From Bugula neritina (taxonomy: Eukaryota; Animalia; Bryozoa): a stretch of 64,000 nt of DNA. The notes under the pieces were generated by a model, which saw nothing but the letters and a program-made list of their open reading frames with translations, was not told the origin of the DNA and made no database searches. The position numbers and the translations under genes are program-made. The stretch covers positions 13,154,698 through 13,218,697 of the forward strand of contig OZ037765.1 of NCBI GenBank assembly GCA_964035545.1, read 5' to 3'. Below are positions 11,966-24,026 of this stretch, piece after piece. How positions within the stretch are numbered: position 1 is the first letter of the stretch; the number at the start of each line of letters is the position of its first letter.

Positions 11966-13324
11966 TTTATATATAAAACCATTGAACCAAAAACTGCGTG
12001 TCTCTCAGTTTTAACAACTGCTAATGGCTCACTGCTATTATTTTTTGCATTGAGGTTACTGTATTGTTGTTTGCAGCATCAGTATCAATATTATCATTAA
12101 TTTATATATATTTATATATATTTATATATTGCTTTTTTACCAAAATAAAATTTGGGTCACATGTGAGATAACAAGTGATATGGGCTAAAACATATAATCT
12201 TATTCTGCTATTTTAAATGAGGAAATAATCATATTCATTTATTACATAGATTCTTGCAATTATTCAAACAAGCATTATAATTTAATAAAAAGAAGGCCCC
12301 AAATGTGTAATGAAAATATTTATGAATAATATGTAAATTAGCAAATGTACAGATTCATCATATAGACCTTTATATTGATTGTATCAATTATAATTGTTTT
12401 TATATTTTTTGCCAATCTGCAAAAGAATTGCAAAGCTAATGTAAACAAAATAATAATACACAAGATGCAATTATAACAGCTAATATAATGCTGCATATAC
12501 ATTATATGCCATTACTGGTGTACACTCACATTACTGGGCCATCAATTTTGGAGTTATCTAAGTTAGTGGGATTAAAGTTTATCAGAAGCTTACAAACAAA
12601 TTTTTGATATGGAAATAATAAGATACTAAAATTTAAAACTCTTCAATTCATTATATTTATTTTTGTACAATTAAAATATCAAATAAAAGCAGTTTGTCCA
12701 GCAAATTAATTAGTGAAGAGCAGAAATTGTTATTAAAGAAGATAATCAAACATTTCATTTGTTGGGCACAAAAATTAAGCATCAGCAGATATACATTAAA
12801 ACTGTTATTTTATAAATGATACACTTTTTAAATCAACTATATAATATGTTGAAAATCAGATGACTAAAACAGAAAATATCATCTAGAACATAAGCCATAA
12901 TAAATATATAAGTATATGAATCAGCTGTAAGCATGAAAAATGGAAACATATATGCAGAAAATTTTTAGCCAATTATACTAAATTTTCATCTGTTTTTTTT
13001 TTCTAAAATATCTATATCTATAGATAATAGAACAACAACAATATGTCATTTCAATTTCTTGTTCCAAAGAAGTATTGTCCAATTATGTAGGATATAAGCA
13101 ATACATGAAACATTGCCATGGGAACTTTATATGAAGGTCTAATCTATACCATGTAATATGTCTTTTCTGATTTAAGTGTGTTCTATGCTTTACTAAAGTC
13201 ACTCCAGCTGGTCATTATTTCATATTAGAGCCCAATCACTATAGTGCCACCACTTTTAACTATTACATTTTAATTCTGTCCATGCATCATTGCTTTTTTT
13301 CACTACAGCCTTGTTATACTCAAC

Positions 13325-14280
13325 TCTTTAGTAAGAAATATTCAGTATTTTGGGTGACCTGCAGTTGGAAGTTGAAGTTCCACTACCGTCTAAAGTTTTC
13401 TATCGACAGAAACTTTGATACCTGTAAAGTCTACTTACTGAAATACATATGTCCTCTAGAAGAAAAAATTTATAGGAAAAGAAGAATTTTTCATAAATTG
13501 AAAACATTTCCTTAATGTAGTGTGGTGGTTAGCCAGTAGTCGCCGTGGTGTAATGGTGAGCGTGCCTGCTTGCAAGCCGCAGGTCTCGGATTCGAATCCC
13601 AGTGGGGGCAATTATTCTTCAAGCTATTTCGGCCTTTAGTGAAGTGTAGTAGCACCTCGAGGGAGTAGAGAGGCCAGGAGAGCCTGAAGACTGAAGGAGT
13701 AGTAGAGAGGCTAGTTGAGTTCTTGAAAACTGGGTGGGATGTAGTGTTGAGATTACCCAGTAGTCCCAGTGGTGTGATGGTGAGCGCGCGTGCACTAGCA
13801 AGCCTGAGGTCTCGAGTTCGAATCCCAGATTTTTCACTTACAATGTGTGATGTATTTTCAAAATGTAAATTACATTACGTTGATTAGAATTAGTCAACAT
13901 TCAGCTTTCTAATGCTACAAAATGTGCTAGTGGCAAAACTTTGAATCTTAGAGTTATGCTGCCATTAGTATTTTAAAAAACTTGTATACTTGTAATTATT
14001 GGAGTATTAATTATAAGATATGTGAAGCTTTGCCAATTTCTGAGTTTACAATGTGTTTTACTGAGGGGCCTATGGAGTACTACGAATTTGCGGTTGATCC
14101 TGGGAGAACATATAGAAAACATGTTCCCGTATTTTTCCTTATAAGGGTAAGCTTATTGTTAAGCATTAACAGGTGTAGCAGTTTCCTTGTAATTCACTTT
14201 TCAGTGCTTAAAGTAAAAGTTATATTAAGTATAGGTTGGTAGAGATAAGCCTTGATGGTGATTGTTTGCTTGTTTAATTT
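13325..14280 (+). pseudogene. Decayed duplicate of an Nse4 intron, the penultimate exon and the start of the last exon
   Basis: EGPMEYYEFAVDP-GRT..ENM...FLIR|gtaag at ~14060-14147 aligns to 4356-4447 with deletions and a mutated acceptor; ggttggtagagataagccttgat matches 4540-4562. Confidence 0.85.
13516..13842 (+). mobile_element. Dimeric tRNA-derived element (two tRNA-like heads 224 bp apart)
   Basis: Heads at 13539-13610 and 13763-13828, each preceded by ccagta, with A-box TGGTGTRATGG and B-box TTCGAATCCC; T-arm and anticodon arm mispaired, so not a functional tRNA. Confidence 0.65.
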
Positions 14281-14364
14281 TTGTTTTAAGTCAGTTAGCT
14301 TGTTTAAATGTACACGGCAGATTCTGGAATCACTGAAAACTTTCGGACAACATTTGCAGTATGA

Positions 14365-17300
14365 TTAATAACTTGAAACTTTATTTTTTTTCTGTCTTGT
14401 TAACACTAAAATTATAAGCAGAGCTAATAGACCTACGAGTAGACCAACAGTTACACCAATTATCACGTTGGTGTTGTCAATCACTGGGTGAAATTTTTTT
14501 AAAATCGCAGAAACATCATCAACTGGTATTTTAGAAGAATTAGATTTTTTTGGCTGTCTTCCTAATGCTGTTTGCCATCTATTGGATGATGCTGGCCTTC
14601 TACTCCATGATGTTACTAGTCCATTAGATGTTGAATGTTCAGTTAACATCATCGAATGCATTTTAGACATGGTGTATCCTTTCAATGTTGTCTGCCTGCT
14701 CAATTTTGTCTGGCCAATCAAAGGTGTTTTCCCTTTCACAGTTGTTTGCCAATTCAAAGGCAACGGTCTTTTTAAAGTTGTTTGCGCATTTGAAAGTTTC
14801 TTTCCATTTGAAATTGTCTGTCCATTCAATGGTGTCTGACCATTCAAAGTTGTCTGACCATTTAATGCCATTTGCCCATTCAAAGTTGTCTGCCCATTTG
14901 AAAGTGTTTGCCCATTCTTAGTTGCCAGGCCATTTATTAGCAGCTGTCCATTCGAAGTTGTTTGCGCATTTGAAAGTTTCTTTCCATTTGAAATTGTCTG
15001 TCCATTCAATGGTGTCTGACCATTCGAAGTTGTTTGACCATTTAATGGCACTTGCCCATTCAAAGTTGTCTGCCCATTTGAAAGTGTTTGCCCATTCTTA
15101 GTTGCCAGGCCATTTATTAGCAGCTGTCCATTCGAAGTTGTTTGCGCATTTGAAAGTTTCTTTCCATTTGAAATTGTCTGTCCATTCAATGGTGTCTGAC
15201 CATTCGAAGTTGTTTGACCATTTAATGGCACTTGCCCATTCAAAGTTGTCTGCCCATTTGAAAGTGTTTGCCCATTCTTAGTTGCCAGGCCATTTATTAG
15301 CAGCTGTCCATTCGAAGTTGTCTGCGCATTCAATAATATTTGTCCTTTTAAAGTAGTTTGCCCATTTGAAGGTCTCTTTGCATTTGAAATTGTCTGCCCA
15401 TTTAATGGTGTCTGCCCACTTGAAGTCGTCTGACTATTCAAAGTTGTCTGACCATTCAAAGTTGTCTGACCATTTTGAGATGTCTTTATATTAAAAGTTG
15501 TCTGCCCATTTGAAGTTGTTTGCCCATTCCCAGTTGCTAGGCGATTTTTTAGTAACTGTCCATTCAAAGTTGTCTGCCCATTCAAAGTTGTCTGACCATT
15601 CAATGGTGTATGCATATTCAAAGTTATATTTCCTTTTAAAGTTGTTTGCCCATTTGAAGGTATTTTTGCATTTGAAGCTGTCTGCCCATTCAATGGTGTC
15701 TGCCCATTTGAAGTTGTCTGACCATTTGAAGTTTTTTGACCATTTGAAGTTGTCTGACCATTCGAAGTTGTCTGACCATTCGAAGTTGTCTGACCATTCA
15801 ATGGTGTATGCATATTCAAAGTTATATTTCCATTTAAAATTTGCTGTGCATTTGAATTCACTTGTATCTTCGATGTCACTGGCAGTCCATTTAATGCTGT
15901 TGTCAGATGTAAACTAAGAGGTGTTGTAGTGAACAGGTTGCTTGTTGTTGAAGATTGTATAATATTTGATGGCGCAGTTGGTTGTTCACTTGTTACAAAG
16001 ACAACTGGAGATGGAGATGGTTTATCTAGTGAATAACAATAAAAAACATTACTCTTCAATAGTATTGTGATCATTACAACACATTTCAAAATTTGCTGTT
16101 TCACTTATTACTTAATTACTAGTCATGTATTTTATTCACTTTTATCACCATTAATTATATTATAGCTTTTTGGCATATAATATATTAAAACTTTTGAAAT
16201 GGCTATGTTTAGTTGATCTTTTTTAATATGTTGAGGTGAACGTAAGGTAATACCTGGAAGGACAATTCCTGTAATATTTGAGCCGGCCTCTCCAAGCTTA
16301 AAAATCATTTTTCCTGGTACACCCACATTGCTGTCTGTTACTATGTCAATTATTGCTGGTGTTCTGGATTTTGGAGTTGCATAAAAGTTTTTTCCATCAC
16401 CAGAATCAAATCCCACCTGAAAATATTTAATTATGGAGACAGTTAAGATTATGTTTTAGTTTTAAACATTTAATTATAATATATCACAACGTGCAGTGAT
16501 ACTGTGCATGTCAAGTCAATTTTTAATAACCTGCTGTGAGCCTATAGGAGTAAAACAAGGATGTGTGATAAAACATACACCATTTTTGATCTTCCTTCTT
16601 ACTGTGTTTGATCTAACGAGTGAATATATATCATCTGGAGTCAAAATTAAATGCAAATTAAAAAGCATCTTTAATATCAAATGTCTTAGAGCTAAGACAA
16701 AGACAGCTTCCAGAACTATCCTTAAATTGCAGCATTCTGAAGACATTATGACAATTTGGCTCATTCTGAAAAGGAGCTACAACTTACACTCACAGTATAT
16801 AGTGCAGCATACACCTCTCTTTTGGTCTCACAGCCAATGCCAAGAAGAGGAAAGTCATGTACCAAGCTCATTCAAACACAAAAATACATGGTGAGTTCTC
16901 CATTATGGTTGGAGACCAAGTATTAGAACAAGTTGCTACCTTCAACTACTTAGGTAACTGTCTATCCTTTGAAGTCTAAAGCAAGCATTGATGCTGACAT
17001 AAGCCAAAGCGTTCAAGTGGGCAGCTTTGGATTTAGAGGGCAGCAGGCACATGTTTTAATAGCATTGATATATAATGCAAACAAACTAAACTAAAAATGT
17101 ACAATAAGCCATCGTTTTCCTGACACTACTTTATGCCTCTGAAATCTGCAGGTGATAAATAGCCATTGCAAAATATGCTGCCTGCAAACAATTTCACTAC
17201 CCAAATTATGGAATCAAGTGGTGAGATAGGCAGACTACTAGCAGTGTCCTTTAGGAACCTCAGACTACATGCATTATTGTCATGGTTGTGCAAAATCAAT

Positions 17301-18085
17301 TGAAGTGGCCTGGCCATGTAGTAAAATGGATGATAATCAACTACCAAAAGCGGATTGTCCCATAGGCGGTTAGAAAAAAAGGTATAAAGACACTGTAACG
17401 GAGAGACTTAAGCAGTGGTTCACTCAACTACAAACTTGAGAACTGCAGGACTTGTACAAGCAACACTGGAGAACTGTTGTGCATCAAGATATGGCTATAT
17501 TCTTGAACAACAACAATGCCAAAAAATAATAGAGAAGCAACAACTAAGTAAACCAGGGAGTTGTGCACTCATCCATTAGTGACTGGCTCTAGGAATAATT
17601 GTTCTTTTGCACTGTAGCAAATTATGGCAATAGCAACTTGAGCTTGTGAATCACACTAGAATGCAAAACCTCTAGAGAAGTTTTCTAGGTTTATGAATCA
17701 CGGCTCAGATCATGGCTTTAAAGCAGACTTCAAACTTGTTAGGTATTCGAGAGATTGCTAATGATAAGTAATATTGTGCACATATGATATATATCATGCT
17801 CTCATTTTATGCCCAGCAATGACATTCAGTGATTGAGCACTTTAAACATGGTCACAAACTCAAACTACTAGCATTCTGCAAAGCTTGTGACTCCTAGGTG
17901 ACCCCTAGAGTCCCTTGAGCACTCTGGCTTGGTTTTACACACCTTTTAAATATGCTTTAGTAAAACTATAAGTTTTTACTATTGCTAAGGTGTAGACCAT
18001 GGTGCTCTGTTCTGTGCTGATGAGGGGACAACTCTCAAAACAGCTGCTGTACGCAGATTGAGGACGCACGCACGCACGCACGCAT

Positions 18086-18168
<83 letters not shown>

Positions 18169-21100
18169 CATGTTATACTAATAGAACATTACCAGAGCTC
18201 AATGTTTTTGAAATGTTTTCTACTAGTCAAAAAGAAGCAAATTCTGAATATATTTATATATATATATATGACATATATATATATATATATGTATATATAT
18301 ATGTATGTATATATGTATATATGTATATATGTATATACATATGTATATATATATATATATGTATATATATGAAGTGTTATATCTAAAAACATGATTAATT
18401 CCATGGAGCCCCTTGTTATTTCAGTTTGGTTAAGCTAAAATAACGTTACTCCTGGTACATGCAAATGCAGTTAATGTGAATTTAGTCACCTGTGCTGGGG
18501 TTGATCCTGCTACAACTCCTTTAAGCCATTGAATCTTTTGATAGTTAAATATTGCAAATGTCTCAATACCATTTGTTGCAATTATTGCTTGGAAAGTGTT
18601 GCCCTGATATGAAAGAACAAATTTTGATAAATCATGAAATTGACAGCATAAACCTCTTATGCTTAGAAATAGGCAAATATAAGTTTGCTTAAAATTGAAA
18701 AAGATAAATAGATTTGCTGTCACACAAAAGACAAACCTATTAAAGGTTAATCAATTGATTGCCTTTCCAATCAACCAGTTTCTCATCTATCAAAGAAAAT
18801 ATTACCTTATAATTGCTTGCAAAGACCAACAAGATCAAAAAATGATATAAATTCTTTAAAAAACTGAACTGATGCTTACTGGAGTATTTCCAGGTGGTGT
18901 AACAGGGCACGGTTTAGCAGTTCTGTTGAAAGCTCTCACATCTTCCCAAGTTGCTATCATCAACCATGTTGCTTGGAATGATGCACCAGTTCCTAGTCTG
19001 TATGCATCTCTAACTGGTAAAACAAGTATTTTATACTTAGAAGTAAGTGATAGCTGGAATATGTTATATATTTGTAACTTGGGCCCATTCTATCAGCTGT
19101 ACAATTAAGTGATTAAAAAGCAAAGATATTTTTGCCATAAGTCAACTTTTAGTCAAGTTAAATACTTTGACATTGTGTCTATTTTAAATATAATTTTCAG
19201 ACAAGTTAACACATTTCTGCCATATTGATGCTACTCGTATCTTATCTTGATCGCCTCTGCATAAAAATATTTAGTAAATTTACTCAGTAAACAGCTGGTC
19301 ATTTCAAGTCAACGGGAATATAACTATACATCTTTTAATAAGGTGCAGAGTAATTTAGTTTAGAATGATTTGGTGAAATTTACACTCAGCTGCACCTTAA
19401 ACTAGTTCTACTGCAAATACCCAGATACATTATGGCTCAATAGAGTTAAACTATTCATAAACCAAGAATATCGAGTTTAAAAATCTTAATCTTAAAACTT
19501 TCTTGCTGAAAGTCTGTGCTATACATTTTAGCTTGACTTTAGATATACATAATCAACTACTAAAAATTTCCAAGTCATGTTATAAGCAGCAGTGTGTTAT
19601 AAAATAAACTCTTTTAAGCTAAGTTCTTTTAATAGATGGTAGATTCTTTATATTTATACTTTGTTAAATTGTTAAATGATGTAAAGGTTTCAAAAAGTTT
19701 AAATGACTCAGCACTATATATAACAATATGAACAAATTATTATGGAGTGCTGTACGTACTGCTTTTGTATATACAAACAATATATAGTTTGTTCAAAATT
19801 GACTTACTTTCAACCGCAAAATCATTCAATTTATTCTGAAAATATGCTTAGAGAAATGAAGCAATAGTGTTATAGTTTATTGACATACTTTCAACATGAA
19901 ATATAAAGACAATAAACAGTGTATATACAGCACTGACTATTGAAATAAACTTAGTAAAATTATCTAAATGCAATTTTTAATGTACAGCAAATGCTCACTA
20001 TCTTGAGATGCCTTGAGTAATAAAGCTGAGTCTGTAGTTTCCCGAGACCAGACTTTTCCTCCACGACACAGATCTACGTCTGCCCAAAAAGGGCAAATCA
20101 GCACAACATTTGCAGTCTTTAGTGGAAAGGGATCTGGTTTAAATTTTTCGAATGGTCCATCTAATGAAATCGCTCCATTTGTACAAACCTTTAAAAAAAA
20201 GAAACAGCAAATAACTTCACGTGAATTCATAAACTATTAGAATTTGACCCGGCCTGACACTTACAGCTTTTACGTTGTTAAATCAATGTTATTGAGCTGT
20301 TTTATAAATTTGTAAAAAAATATTTTAACCCAGGCTTTAGAAAAACTTAGTTTTGCTAATGTGTTCTTTTTATTGAATAGTTGTGAGTATTTGATCAAAC
20401 ATAACTTAAATATGCACAGTTAAGATTGGGTTAATAAGATCTAAACCAACGCAATCGTGTAAATGATTGTGTTGGTATGAATAAATGAAAATTATAGCTA
20501 CTACCTACTGATCTCAACACCTGTTACCTAACTCTGATTTCTTTATATTCAATAATATGCCATGATCTAACACTAAGTGATATTTATGTATATATGGAAA
20601 TAATTATATTTTATAAGTGAAAGTATTTGAATGACAAGTATTTTAAACTATGAAGTGAAGTTGCATGATAGAACATAGCTGCTTCATACTAACTTCAACC
20701 ATCTAGTTTCTCTGCTGACTAGCATGCAATAAACGACAAAGGTTATTTAGGGGAATAACTACATTTGTTAGGTGAAGCTATCATATAAAGGGAAATATCA
20801 TAAACTAGCCAATTTTTGAAAATCAAATATTTTAATAACTTAGTATATGCCAATAAAGCAAGCCGAAAGAAGGTAAGCAAAACAAAGGAAGGCCCAGATT
20901 GAGATTTAAAAACACTGCAAAGAAAAAATATGAAAAATATAGATATGGGCGAAGATAACTGGCAAAAGAAGGCTAAATATAGAGATGGATAGAGAAGTCT
21001 GATCAGACCAAAGTAATAACAGTTATTGTTGTATCAACTCAAGCTACACTTTTACAAACTCATAGAATTGTTCTTATTAGAAATATAAATTACATTCAAA

Positions 21101-22333
21101 ACTATTCATCTAAAGAATTCTCTCAGAAGGTCTTTTAGTGATGTTGTTGACAGGGCTATTATTTTTACCATTATTATTAAAATATAATGAAATGAATATA
21201 ATCATGTGCGAGATAGAAACTACGCTTTCCCTGCTACTGACGATTTTTGTATAGGTACTTTATGAAAATTCTGTTGAATTTAAAATAAATTCATTTCAAC
21301 CATTAACCTATTTCATACAAACTTCGAATTCAATGTTAGCTATTGTTATATTTTATATATTCAACCTAAAGTTATTACATATAATCCAATTGTGTATTTA
21401 ACAAGTAATGCAACAGGTGCCACAACATCAACTTATCATAAATTGTCTTACAAATATTTTTGAATAACTTTTCCCAAAGAATGAAATGCTTCTTGTGTAG
21501 ATTGAACTGCAGTCATCATCTTTTGTAGGTGCTGGAGAGTCACCTTGTGAGAGTCCAAATGGATAGAGTGTATCTGTGAAACACAAGTTATAGAAATGTA
21601 TAGTTCAGGATATCTCTAATTCTCAATTATATAAGAATATAGTAATGAGAATATACTATATAGTAATGAGCTTCATTTTACTAATTTATCTTGTTACAAT
21701 TGAAAACATATCACTCGCATATCTTAAAATTGCATATTGACTATATATAGCAATGCTGACAATAACTTGATTTTAGCATAGTAAAATAATTATTATAAAA
21801 TGAATCAAGAAAAGAATGAAGACAATAAACTGACAAAACATTATAGTTCTGTGAGTTTTGGTGTAGCATTAAAGTTCTTAAATAGATTACATTATGTGGA
21901 ATTGGACACTAGTATAACCATCAGATCTTTTCAATTGCACCGTGAGTGATAGGATTGATTGCCAAATACTGTGTCCTTTTTATTAACACAAATAAAGAGC
22001 TCTGAAGTAACTATAGCGTTTCCTTTTTAACTTAGCTGCAACTAATCACAAAACTAAAATAGGATCATGCGCAGGTTTAACCAGATACAAAAATAATAAA
22101 GTTGCATATGAACTTCCAGCTATTGCCATACAAAGGTAAATAAAAAAATGGTGCTATTTCAGTGCTTTAAAAAAATTGATGATTTTTTAATATACTGTAA
22201 TATTTTCTAAATTGTGTAGATTATGATTTGTAGAATGTTACTTACTGTTGCCAGTAGTCTCATCTATAGCAGTTGACAATAAAAGAGAAGTATATGTCAG
22301 CAGATAAACAACCTTCATGGTGATGTCTTTCAT
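14365..22333 (-). CDS. NIDO/hexapeptide-stalk membrane protein, copy 2 (~823 aa); exons 22333-22246, 21573-21452, 20188-19999, 19013-18880, 18603-18490, 16416-16254, 16025-14365
   Basis: Same first six exon sizes as copy 1 (88,122,190,134,114,163); total 2472 nt, in frame; about 60 hexapeptides including a 180-bp triplication; TM present; tail truncated to RQKKNKVSSY*. Confidence 0.88.
16490..17700 (+). mobile_element. Degraded RTE-like LINE (RT and C-terminal region) in intron 5 of copy 2
   Basis: IGVKQGCV, IFNIKCLRAKTK..ILKLQHSED (decayed ELLFADD region), VLEQVATFNYLG; many stops and frameshifts. Boundaries approximate. Confidence 0.75.
18011..18057 (+). ncRNA. Minimal type I hammerhead ribozyme motif with a G12A core change, probably from a Penelope-like terminal repeat or retrozyme
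   Basis: Stem I UCUGUG/CGCAGA; core CUGAUGA; stem II GGGG/UCUC; AAAA in place of GAAA; short stem III CAG-cug-CUG; GUA cleavage triplet ending at 18051. Confidence 0.75.
18065..18169 (+). repeat. (CACG)n microsatellite directly after the hammerhead motif
   Basis: About 26 near-perfect tetranucleotide units. Confidence 0.97.
18249..18370. repeat. (TA)n/(TATG)n microsatellite
   Basis: Directly visible. Confidence 0.95.
20862..21015 (+). mobile_element. 3' fragment of an RTE LINE
   Basis: aaggaaggcccagattgagatttaaaaacactg (GRPRLRFKNT) matches the reverse complement of 51260-51370. Confidence 0.7.
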
Positions 22334-23678
22334 AAATATGACAGGTTTTGGTGAGCTATAAGTGATTATATAATAAGAATAGGTTATTAACTAATAATTA
22401 TATCAAGTAGGTAGAAAGTTTTCAATATTTACTTAAAAGATTAGAAGTAATTAAAAATAAATGAGGTTGCTAAGCAGAACACTTTATCAATGATTACAGT
22501 TCAACAAGGGTGTATGAAATTATTAGTTATATGTTGAAAATTTCATTTTAATAACTCTTGTGCCAACATGATGATATTTGCCGTGTGTTAATAATATCCA
22601 AGGTCATGCACACTAAAGTATTCAAAGCTCCAGCAATAAATCTAAAATATAGATACTTCTTTTGTTTGTCTCCCATGAGCCAGAATATTTATTATATATT
22701 ATCATTCTATGCACACATAACCGGCCTATCAGCAGGTGTTATCAATATTTTAATTTAAGGTTTATCTGTTGAAAAAATTACAATTATAATCAAAGTCAAT
22801 AAATTAACTTAAAATTTAAACTTAAAACTGCCCCACCAATACCTTGCATGTCAATCATCTAGTAGTCAGCTTTATTCATATATAAAACTGTTGAACTAAG
22901 AACTGCATGTCTTCATGTTTTAACAACTGCTATTGGCTCACTGCTATTAACTCTTGGCATTGAGGTATTGTTGTTATTAATACTATCATTAATCATGTTC
23001 CTTTATATGATTTATATGAGTTGCAAAATATTGTCATATTCTAGCATTTTTCATGGTGAAATTCATGTTAATTTTAATAAATCAATAAAAATAGTTCTAC
23101 AAACCAACATAAATGCAACAACAAAACTTTTCAATCATATTCATGAGAGTTATGTAAATCCGCCAAAGAGTTGATATGAACAAAGCAACAATACACAAGG
23201 TGCCATTATGACAATAGCTAACACACTGCATATATTATGCACCATTGCTGGTGTTTACATTTCATATCAATCTTGGATTTATAATTTAGGTTAATTAGTA
23301 TTAAGAGAAAAATTATTAGATGCTTGCAAATAAAGTTTTAGTAAACAAATGATAAGATACTGAAATCTAAAGTTACTCAATTAGTATCTCTATTTGTACA
23401 CAAAAATATAATGAAAGAAAATTTGGGCTGCAAATGCATTGGGTGTCAAGCATCAAACACGACGAATACACATTGAAACTTTTATTGTATAAATCATAAA
23501 ACATTTTAATCAACCATAATAATAAAAGTGAGGTGCTTAAAAACAGGAAAATATCATCTAAATTCCACAACATAAGCCATTCTAAATTAATTTGTATACA
23601 GATCAGCTGCAAGCATGAAACATGATGACACTAAGGCAAGATTTTCTGCCAAGCAGCTATATACTCCAGCTTTGTCAG

Positions 23679-23960
23679 CATGGTCACAGTGGCACATTTG
23701 AAAAAAGGAAAAGGAACTTCTCGAACTTCCACGATAGCAGGTTGTCAACTATGTCACTCTTCAGCAATAGATCAGAGAACGTATTGAAATATTCAAAACT
23801 AAATAAGCATGAATCCCACCAAGAAAATGCTAACATTGAAATGTAAATAATCATGTGTACAGATATATTTTTTACTGTAGTTTAAAATAAGCTTTGCATA
23901 AATTAGCCTGTTTAATTTTAATATTAAGTAGTCTATAAGCTCAAAATACAGTTCAAGATG
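23679..23960 (+). pseudogene. Decayed duplicate of the Nse4 last exon and 3' flank
   Basis: cagtggcacatttg..aaaggaacttctcgaacttccac..caggttgtcaactat..aatcccaccaagaaaat aligns to 4604-4745 with stops and indels. Confidence 0.88.
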
Positions 23961-24026
23961 CTACAAAATAAACTAGTTTGTCAATTATCAACTAGTTTGT
24001 CGAACTTTGTACCATAGATTATAGAA

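Noticed and set aside
13539-13610. Functional tRNA gene
   Set aside because: Mismatches in the acceptor and T stems and an ambiguous anticodon arm; duplicated nearby in degenerate form.
17935-18404. ORFs with CVRA/HART/YIYI repeats
   Set aside because: Translations of (CACG)n and (TA)n microsatellites.
22968-23174. Hydrophobic small ORF repeated at 30518-30844
   Set aside because: Similarity is explained by the segmental duplication; the ORF is not preserved upstream of copies 1 and 4, and AT-rich DNA yields such ORFs by chance.
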